Assembly (NCBI GenBank): GCA_036507075.1
Contig: DASXQR010000104.1
Location: 1 to 16,077, forward strand
Reading direction: 5' to 3'
DNA length: 16,077 nucleotides
Source of the DNA: Acidobacteriota bacterium
Lineage (GTDB): Bacteria; Acidobacteriota; UBA6911; JACQSX01
Part shown: positions 1-9,391 of the stretch, one piece after another
Position numbering within the stretch: position 1 is the first letter of the stretch
Layout of the letters: every line of letters starts with the position of its first letter
Translations under genes and position numbers: made by a program
Notes under the pieces: generated by a model
Databases searched by the model: none
Told to the model about the DNA's origin: nothing
Seen by the model: the letters and a program-made list of their open reading frames with translations, nothing else

Positions 1-228
1 AATGTTCTGGTTCGAGATTTGGATGACGATGTCTTGAAGCGGTTGAAGGCCGCCGCCAAAGCCCACCGACGGTCTTTGCAGGCGGAAATCCACGAGGTCC
101 TGCGCAATGCCAGCGCACGAAGTCTTGCCGAAACACGACGCCTCTCAGCGCGGTGGCTGGAACGCCTTCGAGCATCTTCACAGAGCGACAGCGCCGCGTT
201 AATTCGCGAAGGCCGTGATGCCCGGTGA
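1..228 (+). CDS. FitA/Arc-like ribbon-helix-helix antitoxin, 5' end just outside the window
   Basis: Frame is open from base 1 (NVLVRDLDDDVLKRLKAAAKAHRRSLQAEIHEVL), a typical FitA RHH pattern. Its stop overlaps the PIN gene start (GTGA at 225-228). Confidence 0.88.
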   Translation, partial: NVLVRDLDDDVLKRLKAAAKAHRRSLQAEIHEVLRNASARSLAETRRLSARWLERLRASSQSDSAALIREGRDAR

Positions 229-653
229 GCGCATTCGTCGTCGACGCCAGCGTCGTCATTAAGTGGTTCGTCCCGGAGGTTCACAGCGAAGCTGCGTGCC
301 GTCTTCTCAGCCTGCCGCATCAGTATTTCGCGCCGGATCTAATCTTTGCCGAAACCGCCAATACCATCTGGAAGAAAATCCGACGCGGTGAGCTGAGCGC
401 CGAGCACGGCAATAAACTGGTGAAAGACATCGGGCGCGTCGCCGTTGAGATCCTCCAGTGCCGTGTGTTGACGGAGGACGCCTTCGATCTAGCGAACGCC
501 ACAGGATGCACCGTGTATGACACGCTATATCTGGCGCTCGCCATCCGACTCCAGACGCGAATGATTACCGCCGACGCCCGACTGGCAGCAGCTGTTGCCG
601 CGCTTCCCATGACGGTCGCTCACATCCAGCTTGTCCAGACATTCAAAAATTGA
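225..653 (+). CDS. vapC: PIN-domain type II toxin (VapC family)
   Basis: VVDASVVIKW N-terminal motif, conserved E (FAETAN), YDTLY and ITAD acidic tetrad. Translationally coupled to the RHH gene. Confidence 0.92.
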   Translation: MSAFVVDASVVIKWFVPEVHSEAACRLLSLPHQYFAPDLIFAETANTIWKKIRRGELSAEHGNKLVKDIGRVAVEILQCRVLTEDAFDLANATGCTVYDTLYLALAIRLQTRMITADARLAAAVAALPMTVAHIQLVQTFKN

Positions 654-1173
654 ACATGTTTGAAAATATTCTTGACATGCACTTGCAGGAAGCTTTCAGC
701 AATGCAATGGATATCCAGGCAGTGCCGCGTCCTTCGGAAACATAATCCGGATTAACTGCGGCTTTCGACTGCTTTCGCGCCGTCTGAGGCTTTTTGAGCT
801 CTAGTTCTTCGACGCCGTAGCCGGCCCGCTGCCAGAGGTCAAGACCTCCGTACAGCACGCGAATGTTACCAAAACCATGCCCGTACAGTTCCTGCGCCAC
901 ACGGTCGCTGAAAACTTCGTCGGGTCCGTCACAGTAGGTGATGATGCTGGTGTTTCGCGGAAGGTCTTTGAGACGTGTTTTTACGTCATCGGGCGACACA
1001 TGAAGAGCTCCGGGCAGTTTGACGTTGGATGCGGCCCATACTTTTGAATCGCGGTTGTCCAGGAGAATCAGCGACTCGCCGCGGTCCATTCTTCGCTTCA
1101 CTTCGTCAACTGTCACCTTGGTTGGCACCCTGCTGGTGGCCGGATTGACTATCGTGTGAAATTGGCTGATCAT
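643..1173 (-). CDS. Rhodanese-like domain protein
   Basis: LILLDNR, KLPGALHV, IITYCDGP and VLYGGLDLWQRAGY rhodanese motifs. GGAGGT RBS at 1181-1186 supports the ATG at 1173 rather than 1188. Confidence 0.88.
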   Translation of the reverse strand: MISQFHTIVNPATSRVPTKVTVDEVKRRMDRGESLILLDNRDSKVWAASNVKLPGALHVSPDDVKTRLKDLPRNTSIITYCDGPDEVFSDRVAQELYGHGFGNIRVLYGGLDLWQRAGYGVEELELKKPQTARKQSKAAVNPDYVSEGRGTAWISIALLKASCKCMSRIFSNMFNF

Positions 1174-1272
1174 CCGCGTTACCTCCACTCATTCACGAAT
1201 CACCGATGCCGATTAACACAAAGCTTTTGGATCTTGTATGGGCGATGTTCTGACATTTCGTCAGCGATCGCT

Positions 1273-1971
1273 CTAAGGGCGAAAGACGGCCTTGTTCGCC
1301 AGCCTGGCCTTCTCTTGCGCCACGCGGTTTTCCTCTTCCTGCTTCTTGTGACGTTCCAGTTCTCGTCGGGGAGCCTCTTGCACATCCAGCTGAACTGCTT
1401 CAACGATGGCGGTCCGGGCCAGGGCGTCCAGCGATTTGGAAACCACCACCATGCCAAAAGTAGGCTCGTAGGAGGATCGGAACAGGTTGAATGCGTACTG
1501 GGCGTCTTCCCAATAGGCTATGACATGCTGGCTGTCGCTATAAATCTGCGACGAAAAGAGGCTGATGCTCTTTGCAGTAGCAGGCCTTGTTGCCGTTCCG
1601 TACTTTAGAGAGACGGCTTCGATCATATCCGCGTCTGTCAGCCCTTCCGTCTTATAGCGATCGTAATTGACCACTATTCGAAAGAGATGGCCGTTGTAAA
1701 AACTGAAGAGGAGGCTTCTGGCCGAATCCGATTTGAGGGCAGGGCTGGTGGCGTATAAATAAGAAGACTGCCACTCCAGTTCTTGAATCAGCGCGGGACG
1801 CTCGTGGATAGTCGTTGCTTCAGACGGTTTCATGCCTGTCTGTTTCGCTATCGATGGAAGGTCCGCTCCGAACTGAAATTGCCGGTACCCGGACAAATCT
1901 TGCCCATAAATCAATGGCGTCAAAAACACCATCGAAAGAATTGAGATTGTCAGAGTGCGAGAGCTGATCAT
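1273..1971 (-). CDS. Hypothetical secreted protein
   Basis: 232-aa ORF with GGAGG RBS, a hydrophobic signal-peptide-like N terminus ending IYG-Q, and a charged helical C terminus. Confidence 0.75.
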   Translation of the reverse strand: MISSRTLTISILSMVFLTPLIYGQDLSGYRQFQFGADLPSIAKQTGMKPSEATTIHERPALIQELEWQSSYLYATSPALKSDSARSLLFSFYNGHLFRIVVNYDRYKTEGLTDADMIEAVSLKYGTATRPATAKSISLFSSQIYSDSQHVIAYWEDAQYAFNLFRSSYEPTFGMVVVSKSLDALARTAIVEAVQLDVQEAPRRELERHKKQEEENRVAQEKARLANKAVFRP

Positions 1972-1997
1972 TGGGATCCTCCAAAAGGAATTGATGA

Positions 1998-2327
1998 TTA
2001 CGATTGCAACGCGGCGTTTGCCTCGGCCTTCGTTGGCTTTGAGCGGCGCTTACGAGGATAATGTTGTTCTAGGTATTCTGCGATATCCTCGTTCCCGATA
2101 CGCAAGCAGGCCGGGGCGCGCAATGTCTGCGTTTCTCCATCGAGCTCCCGCTTGAGTCGTCCCCAACAGAGGCCCGGACCGTCCTGGAATTTTAAGGAGG
2201 ATGACCGAAATGCTTCGAATTGAACTTCGAGCATGAATTCGCGCGTCTCCTCGGCGGCCTGGACCACATGAAAATTATAGATACGCGAATCGGCCGCAAC
2301 ATTAAAGCCAACATACTGGATCTGCAT
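1998..2327 (-). CDS. Small hypothetical protein
   Basis: ORF MQIQYVGF... with AAGGA RBS before the ATG at 2327. Co-directional with, and 26 bp from, the next gene. Confidence 0.7.
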   Translation of the reverse strand: MQIQYVGFNVAADSRIYNFHVVQAAEETREFMLEVQFEAFRSSSLKFQDGPGLCWGRLKRELDGETQTLRAPACLRIGNEDIAEYLEQHYPRKRRSKPTKAEANAALQS

Positions 2328-2337
2328 AGTCGATTCC

Positions 2338-2355
2338 TTAATTGATCCCAATTAA
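2338..2355. promoter_or_regulatory. Putative operator TTAAT-N8-ATTAA
   Basis: TTAAT tgatccca ATTAA directly upstream of the RBS of 2327..1998. Confidence 0.6.
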
Positions 2356-2359
2356 TCCC

Positions 2360-2530
2360 AAGAATTTTTGCACCACAAAGGCACAAAGAACACAAAGTCA
2401 GATGAGGGGCAGTAAGAGTCCGGTCAGGTCTCAAAGTCAAAATGCGGCAACGTGTTATGGGACCTGATCGGACTTTACCTGCCCCTCGTCCCCGCTTTGT
2501 GCCCTTTGTGTCTTTGTGGTGCAAACTCCT
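2360..2530. repeat. ~165-bp long imperfect palindromic element (MITE/REPIN-like), copy 1
   Basis: Arms TTTGCACCACAAAGGCACAAAG... and ...CTTTGTGTCTTTGTGGTGCAAA (2367-2525). Homologous copy at 13113-13278. Confidence 0.9.
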
Positions 2531-2567
2531 GTTTCGTCAGAGTTTGCAACTGCCGAACGAGTCACAA

Positions 2568-2587
2568 GGGGCGGACCGGGCCGCCCC
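2568..2587 (-). terminator. GC-rich hairpin after the ABM-like gene
   Basis: GGGGCGG-accggg-CCGCCCC lies 18 bp past the stop codon. The U tract is weak. Confidence 0.35.
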
Positions 2588-2605
2588 ATCCGAGACCTGC
2601 CGCCT

Positions 2606-2926
2606 TCAGACTGCTGCAGGAACTGCAACCTTGTGGAAGGTCGAGTTGGAAACCTCATAGGTGTGAACCTGGGGAGTCCCCTCAACCACTTTCGCGAAGG
2701 CTTTCAGAACTTCCGCATAGGTTGTGCGGCCGTAAGTATCCGCGTTGTCCTTGTTGTCCCACAAACTAATTCCAACCGCTTCCGTGCCGTTCGGGGCGAC
2801 AAAGGCGATCTCGTCCTGGAAGCCTTTCTGTTTTCGGAGCAGCGGGATGATTTCGTTCTCAAGTGTCCGGGTAAAGTCGGTAATGCTATTGGGTTTCAAA
2901 CGCATCGAGACATTTCGTGCAAACAT
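2606..2926 (-). CDS. Small dimeric alpha-beta barrel (ABM-like) protein
   Basis: 106 aa with GGAGG RBS. The pattern IIPLLRKQKGF...GISLWD...YEV is typical of antibiotic biosynthesis monooxygenase-like folds. Confidence 0.78.
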   Translation of the reverse strand: MFARNVSMRLKPNSITDFTRTLENEIIPLLRKQKGFQDEIAFVAPNGTEAVGISLWDNKDNADTYGRTTYAEVLKAFAKVVEGTPQVHTYEVSNSTFHKVAVPAAV

Positions 2927-2969
2927 ATGGCAACCTCCATGGGTTGTCTTAAGCCTGGCGTGATTTCAG

Positions 2970-3114
2970 ATAACCTGACTTAGTTCAGGTAATCCGAATA
3001 AACACCTTAATTGAGGAAATAACTTTACTAGGTTAAGTTACTTTACTTAAAATGTCAATGGTACATTCTGAAAACGTCTTTGATTTAGGACTGCAATTAA
3101 TCAATATAGGTTAA
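2970..3114. promoter_or_regulatory. Divergent control region with three TTAAC-N8-GTTAA-like boxes and a leftward sigma70 promoter
   Basis: Boxes at 2970-2987, 3019-3036 and 3097-3114. On the minus strand, TTGACA (3058-3053)-N17-TAACCT (3035-3030). Confidence 0.75.
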
Positions 3115-3133
3115 CAGTAAAGGGATTGCGGAA

Positions 3134-3991
3134 ATGGATATCGCCCTTGTGATCAGGCATCGGCTGGAAGAATTGGGTCTTGAGCAGAAGAATCTGGCAA
3201 GCGCCGCACAGGTGACCGAGTCGTACATCTCACAGTTGCTGACACGGAAGAAGTCGCCTCCGGCACCTAATCGGACTGACATTTATGACAAGATGAGCGA
3301 ATTCTTGAGGCTGCCGAACGGTGAGCTTTCAAAGTTGGCCACACTCCAGCGCCAGGAAGAATTAAAGAGGAAGCTGGCGGACCCTCCCGCGCCCTTGTTC
3401 AAAGAGGTGCGAGATTTGGTGCTCAGTAAATGCAAACCCGACAAAAAACAACTGGTGCGGGGGATTTTTGAAAAGCAGCCCTTCGGTGAGCTGGAGCGCC
3501 TGGTCACACAGAAGCTTTTGGACGTAGTCAAGAGGGTAGCGAAAGAAGAATTGGACAACGAAAACTGGGTTCACCTGGTGGCTCGACTCGGCGGGCGAAG
3601 CTACGAACAAATGCGCGTTATCATCCTCGAGTTCCTCGACACGGATGTTTTTCATGTGTCGGTTGAAAACTGCGTATCTTTCCTGGACCCTCTGATTGAA
3701 TCCTGGGACATCGATCTTGCGACTTTTAGCATGGAAGTTGTCCTGAACCGAAGAGTAGCGCCTGGAGAGCCAAAGAAATTTGAGTTTGTCGAAAAGGAAA
3801 TCGAACCGGCTTTCCAAGAAGAACCAGGGCTCAAAGAATTCCTCCGGGATGTATCTCTCAGTGGTGACGTCACGCAGGAAGAAATTGAATTTCTCAAAAA
3901 TCTGAGATTCAAGAGAAAACGACCTACGGCTCTTTATTATTACCGCGAGCTGCAAAACTTCAGAGACCCCCTCCACTTTCGCAATTCATAA
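3134..3991 (+). CDS. XRE/Cro-C1 HTH transcriptional regulator with DdrO-like C-terminal domain
   Basis: N-terminal HTH (IRHRLEELGLEQKNLASAAQVTESYISQLL). C-terminal PGLKEFLRD..VTQEEIEFLKNLRFKRKRP resembles the DdrO dimerisation domain. Confidence 0.85.
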   Translation: MDIALVIRHRLEELGLEQKNLASAAQVTESYISQLLTRKKSPPAPNRTDIYDKMSEFLRLPNGELSKLATLQRQEELKRKLADPPAPLFKEVRDLVLSKCKPDKKQLVRGIFEKQPFGELERLVTQKLLDVVKRVAKEELDNENWVHLVARLGGRSYEQMRVIILEFLDTDVFHVSVENCVSFLDPLIESWDIDLATFSMEVVLNRRVAPGEPKKFEFVEKEIEPAFQEEPGLKEFLRDVSLSGDVTQEEIEFLKNLRFKRKRPTALYYYRELQNFRDPLHFRNS

Positions 3992-4047
3992 GGGAGGCTG
4001 CGCCGCATATCCGAATACAAAAAAGCATCCAAGATGGACGCGAGGTA

Positions 4048-4119
4048 TTAACCGACTTTAATTAACAGCAATCTCCGATCTATGTTTACAGCGATACTTA
4101 ATTAACGTATTATAGTTAA
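4048..4119 (+). promoter_or_regulatory. groESL sigma70-type promoter with two palindromic boxes
   Basis: TTTACA (4085-4090)-N17-TATTAT (4108-4113). Boxes TTAAC-N8-ATTAA at 4048-4065 and TTAAC-N8-GTTAA at 4102-4119. Confidence 0.75.
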
Positions 4120-4212
4120 GAAGTTCGGGAAAAAAGTTGTTTTGCGGTTTTCACGGGATCACGCCCGTGCGGCCGGAATCTACTAAATCTAACAAAGTAA
4201 AGGAGTTATATT

Positions 4213-4536
4213 ATGAGCAGTATTAAACCCTTACATGACCGAGTTTTGGTTAAGCGTATTGATTCCGACAAAGAAGAGATCAAAGGAGGAATCGTTATCC
4301 CCGATACCGCCAAGGAAAAACCACAGGAAGGGGAGGTCATTGCCGTAGGAAATGGCAAGATCCTGGACAACGGAACGAAATTGAACCTGGAAGTAAAAGT
4401 CGGCGACCGCATTCTGTTTGGCAAGTATGCGGGCACCGAAGTCAAGATTGATGACAGGGAATTCCTGATCATGCGCGAAGAGGAGATCCTGGGAATTATC
4501 AGCGCCGGCACAAAAAGCGAGAGCGCTGCCGCCTAG
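4213..4536 (+). CDS. groES: Co-chaperonin GroES
   Basis: [33 protein letters not shown] and KYAGTEVK motifs. AAGGAG RBS. Confidence 0.99.
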   Translation: MSSIKPLHDRVLVKRIDSDKEEIKGGIVIPDTAKEKPQEGEVIAVGNGKILDNGTKLNLEVKVGDRILFGKYAGTEVKIDDREFLIMREEEILGIISAGTKSESAAA

Positions 4537-4603
4537 GCGCCCGGGAGACCGGCCGCACAACAGGTGCACTAAGCCTGTCATTGAATACCTTAGAGCTGTT
4601 TAG

Positions 4604-6259
<1,656 letters not shown>

Positions 6260-6288
6260 AGCGCCCGGTGTAAAGAATCACCCGCCGC

Positions 6289-6376
6289 TCACCGCCGAGG
6301 CGCCGAGATCGCCGAGTCTCGCAGAGTCTGCACCAAACCTCTGCGAATGTCAGCGTGCTCTGCGCCTCGGCGGTGA
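6289..6376. repeat. Palindromic element with 8/9-nt internal repeats
   Basis: TCACCGCCGAGGCGCCGAG...CTCTGCGCCTCGGCGGTGA inverted arms just after groEL. Confidence 0.8.
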
Positions 6377-6404
6377 ATACAAACTGACCGTATTCGCAGA
6401 ACGA

Positions 6405-6710
6405 ATGAAAAAGTGTCCCTATTGCTTGGAAAAAATTCAAGATGCGGCACGCGTGTGCAAACAATGCGGAGGCCTGTTACATCAGCAACAAAGCAATGTA
6501 TTTCGATCCGCGCTTTCAAATCTTTGCATTAACAAGAAGGTTCAGACTTTGGGAATCCTGCTCACAATAATTGGCACTGTGCTGATGTGCGTGCAGCTCG
6601 AAGCTGGAACTCCACCGGGTCGAGTCGGCTACGCTGGAATGGTGATCATGCTCCTTGGAATTGTGATGTGGGGTTTCGGCAAGTTCAACCGGTGGGCTAA
6701 CGCAAGATGA
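6405..6710 (+). CDS. Zinc-ribbon membrane protein
   Basis: N-terminal CPYC-x10-CKQC followed by two hydrophobic helices. Confidence 0.75.
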   Translation: MKKCPYCLEKIQDAARVCKQCGGLLHQQQSNVFRSALSNLCINKKVQTLGILLTIIGTVLMCVQLEAGTPPGRVGYAGMVIMLLGIVMWGFGKFNRWANAR

Positions 6711-7081
6711 GAAAGGCGAAATCCGAGGAATGTTCCAATAGCATGGCCAAGACTCGAACAGATGAGATGAGAAATCAGTGGATGGCGGCAATTCTGGAGG
6801 CATTGCGAGAGTTTCATCAGGTGGAACGTGATGTATTCGTTCTGAACCGCTATCGATCCCTCAGCCTGAATGAAATCGGGGCAAGGCTCTCGATTTCGGT
6901 CGCACACGCAGAAAGCCTGTTGTCTAAAGCAAGCGAGAAGTTGATGTCAAAGCTGAATTCGACGGTGCAGCGTACGGAACCGCAGGCGTTATTCGGTCTT
7001 CTCCGGCGGATTTTAGTCAGGTACGGTTTTTTTGCCGACCAGACCAGCAACAGATTCATTTTCTGGAAACCGGATGCTTAA
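6707..7081 (+). CDS. Stand-alone sigma70 region 4 (ECF-type) HTH protein
   Basis: ALREF..VERDVFVL.RYRSLSLNEIGARLSIS....ESLLSKASEKL matches the sigma 4.2 pattern. ATGA overlap with the upstream gene. Confidence 0.62.
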   Translation: MRKAKSEECSNSMAKTRTDEMRNQWMAAILEALREFHQVERDVFVLNRYRSLSLNEIGARLSISVAHAESLLSKASEKLMSKLNSTVQRTEPQALFGLLRRILVRYGFFADQTSNRFIFWKPDA

Positions 7082-7837
7082 TTCTTTGGCCAGTGCAGAT
7101 GCCTCGGCGAAAGATTTCTCCTGCTTGAGTATGTCCAGCAGGCTGAATTTCGCTTCAATCCTGTCAAAGAAATCGCACTGAACACACGCTGCCGCCTTTC
7201 GGAACTGTTTGAGCGCCGTTTTCTTGTTTCCGCCCCCCAAAACTGCTCGCACCAAAAAATTGCGGCCGGCAACGATATAGTTGATCCATGCCGAGGCGGT
7301 AAGCGCACGGACATTGTCAGGGTTGCGTGCGAGTACTTTCGCTAACAATTTTCTCGCCTCTTTATACTCTCGCCACCCTTCCCATTTGTCCAGAATCTGC
7401 AGGTTGAGCCAGAGCTTGTTGAGAGCTATTTTCGCGAGCAGGACCGTGGCTCGTTCATCATCGGGTCTGTTTACCAGTATCTGCCGTGCCAGCCGAGTCC
7501 CTTCGGCGGCATCGCTTTCAAATTGCTTTAGTAGTTCCGGACACACCCGGCACGCTGTCAGGATGTCTTTTGTTTTTTTGACGTTCCCTTCCTGCCGAGC
7601 TCCTTCAATTCCTGTGACATGCTTCAAGCGGAACAAGATAATAGTTGTCCTAAGCTCGTAACTTTCAGGATCAATGGGGTCAATGGTCCGTGCCTGCATC
7701 ACCAGTCGTTCCGCCTCCGCGTACTTGCCTGCATAAAAGCTTTCTTTCGCTTCCTTGATTTTCTCCTCGTACGTGGTTTGGTTGGCGAACGTGAACGTTA
7801 TCAGCAACGCTGCGACAAGGTTCATCTCCGTCTCCAT
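7013..7837 (-). CDS. Secreted TPR-like helical-repeat protein (start 7837 or 7825)
   Basis: Signal-peptide-like N terminus and repeated helix pairs ending IDP, RPDD, NPDN and FPEN. Confidence 0.78.
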   Translation of the reverse strand: METEMNLVAALLITFTFANQTTYEEKIKEAKESFYAGKYAEAERLVMQARTIDPIDPESYELRTTIILFRLKHVTGIEGARQEGNVKKTKDILTACRVCPELLKQFESDAAEGTRLARQILVNRPDDERATVLLAKIALNKLWLNLQILDKWEGWREYKEARKLLAKVLARNPDNVRALTASAWINYIVAGRNFLVRAVLGGGNKKTALKQFRKAAACVQCDFFDRIEAKFSLLDILKQEKSFAEASALAKELSIRFPENESVAGLVGKKTVPD

Positions 7838-7944
7838 CAAAAAGCATCTCCCCCGATTTTAACCCAGCAGACCAGATTTTAGTCGGGAGTTCCGGAGTAG
7901 AGAGAGAATTCCAAACACATCATAGAGAAACATTTGCATGATGC

Positions 7945-7975
7945 CCTTGGCGTTCTTTGTGTTCTTGGCGGTTCA
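7945..7975. repeat. Solo arm of the 8/9-nt palindromic element family
   Basis: CCTTGGCGTT CTTTGTGTT CTTGGCGGTT. No partner arm is visible. Confidence 0.55.
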
Positions 7976-8032
7976 ATTTTTTCATGCGTCCTGAACAAGG
8001 CGAAGGGCCGCAAGCCCCAGGCCTCCATTCTG

Positions 8033-8082
8033 GACCTGCGATTTGCGACCTTCGACTTACTGACCTTCGATCTGCGACTTAG
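8033..8082. repeat. Degenerate heptamer tandem repeat (7 units)
   Basis: gacctgc gatttgc gaccttc gacttac (t) gaccttc gatctgc gacttag. Confidence 0.75.
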
Positions 8083-8083
8083 A

Positions 8084-8968
8084 TCACCGGCGTAGGTAGA
8101 GCTCACGCTGCATGGTGAACTCCAGCACCGTCTCGGCAGGAATCTTGATCTTTTCGCCCTTGGTAAGGATCTGGTAGCCGGCTCCACCGGCGCCGCCAAC
8201 CACTGTCCCTATCGCCGCGCCCTTGCCGCCTCCGGCAATGGCTCCGATGATGGCGCCGAGCGCCGCTCCTCCGCCAACAACGATCGCTGTCTTCTTACCC
8301 TGACTGTCACCCCGTTGTGTAGCTTGAGAAGTGGTCACCGCGTAGGACCGGCCCTGGCTCGTCAATTCCACCAAATCGATGATCAGTTGGGAGCGTCCTT
8401 CGAATTTACCTGCCTGGTCCACCTGGGCGATGCGAAGTTTTACGGGAGCGCCTCTTTCGGCGAGCAATTCATTGTTGGCAATGATGTCGCTCTCCAAGGT
8501 TCCGCTGAACGCGTCGCCGACATGGGAGACATCAGAATCGATGACCTCACTGGTGCGTACACGCAGCACCGTCCCCGATGGAATTACGTACTGGTCCCGC
8601 ATGGCGGCACGCGGATAAGCGGACGACTGCGGATTGGTGGAGTACTCGCCCACGTGCGTACGCGAATGCGTTCCGCTAGTGTCGGTGTGGGTTCCGGAGT
8701 GTTTCCCATACTGAGTGGAGGACGAAGTCGGCCCAGTCGTCGTGGTTGCCATGTTATCCACAAAAGAAACATCCCGAACGTCGGCAAGGCGGAAGGTCTT
8801 AGCTACCCCTTCCGTTCTGAAACGTATGGTACTGGAGGTTCCGCCCAGGAAGGTCCCGTTGAATACACGCCCGTCCCTCAGCGTCAAAGTGCCTGCCTGC
8901 GCCCATGAAAACGTCAGAGACGCAAGTACAATGGACAAAGCAATCAGAAATGGCTTATTTCGGCTCAT
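8084..8968 (-). CDS. Secreted/envelope protein with glycine-zipper C-terminal region
   Basis: Signal peptide (SWA-Q), a Thr/Ser/His-rich linker, [10 protein letters not shown]...IPAETVLEF beta domain and [23 protein letters not shown] zipper. AAAGGAG RBS. Confidence 0.85.
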   Translation of the reverse strand: MSRNKPFLIALSIVLASLTFSWAQAGTLTLRDGRVFNGTFLGGTSSTIRFRTEGVAKTFRLADVRDVSFVDNMATTTTGPTSSSTQYGKHSGTHTDTSGTHSRTHVGEYSTNPQSSAYPRAAMRDQYVIPSGTVLRVRTSEVIDSDVSHVGDAFSGTLESDIIANNELLAERGAPVKLRIAQVDQAGKFEGRSQLIIDLVELTSQGRSYAVTTSQATQRGDSQGKKTAIVVGGGAALGAIIGAIAGGGKGAAIGTVVGGAGGAGYQILTKGEKIKIPAETVLEFTMQRELYLRR

Positions 8969-9106
8969 AAGACTCCTTTCAGGGTCTTGTTTCGACTCAG
9001 ATGCGTAAACTAAACTTTCTGGGAGAAATTCCCGTCGCTTCCCGCGAGGAGTCAGAGAGCAAGAAAGCGTTCTTGGTACAACGATTTGTCTAATAGTTGA
9101 CGATTG

Positions 9107-9149
9107 ATTGTCTCACTCGCATCGTAAGTGGTCAGTTCAAAAATGGACA
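9107..9149 (-). promoter_or_regulatory. Putative class II Crp-family promoter for 8968..8084
   Basis: Minus-strand TGTCCATTTTTGAACT-GAC (9149-9134) and TGn-GACAAT extended -10 (9112-9107). Confidence 0.55.
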
Positions 9150-9284
9150 TAGCCAAAAAAAAAACGCGCTTTTCTCAGGCAAGTTATATAGCTTTTCCCG
9201 AGCCCAACCTCGCCATTGACGGCGGCAGCGAATGTGCAATCAAACCACCAAGATGTCCTTAATTGAACAGACGCCCGTCTTTAC

Positions 9285-9347
9285 TTTACCTATAATGGTT
9301 AAGTTACTAGGGGAGCTCCGAAGGTCTAATAAACTAGATTTTGTTAA
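9285..9347 (+). promoter_or_regulatory. PBP promoter region with two palindromic boxes
   Basis: TTTAC ctataatg GTTAA (9285-9302) encloses a perfect TATAAT. TAAAC tagatttt GTTAA at 9330-9347. Confidence 0.65.
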
Positions 9348-9391
9348 TCTGGGATTCGGCCCCTTGGCCACGACAATCCAAGGAGATTGCC

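Noticed and set aside
915..940. Selenocysteine in the rhodanese active-site loop
   Set aside because: The codon in YCDGP is GGA, not TGA, and the frame is uninterrupted.
2192..2524. ORFs starting MHHKDTKGTK (here) and MHHEGTKGTK (13121..13444)
   Set aside because: These are translations of the palindromic element arms, with TTG starts, no RBS and overlaps with real genes.
4025..4041. GCATCCA-AGA-TGGACGC as a third Crp-type site or terminator
   Set aside because: The spacer is one base short of the motif and no U tract follows.
2338..4119. CtrA box or Deinococcus RDRM as the identity of the palindrome
   Set aside because: CtrA is TTAA-N7-TTAA, whereas the spacing here is N10. RDRM is a 17-bp palindrome with different half-sites.
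3992..4212. CIRCE element upstream of groES
   Set aside because: No TTAGCACTC or GAGTGCTAA half-site is present.
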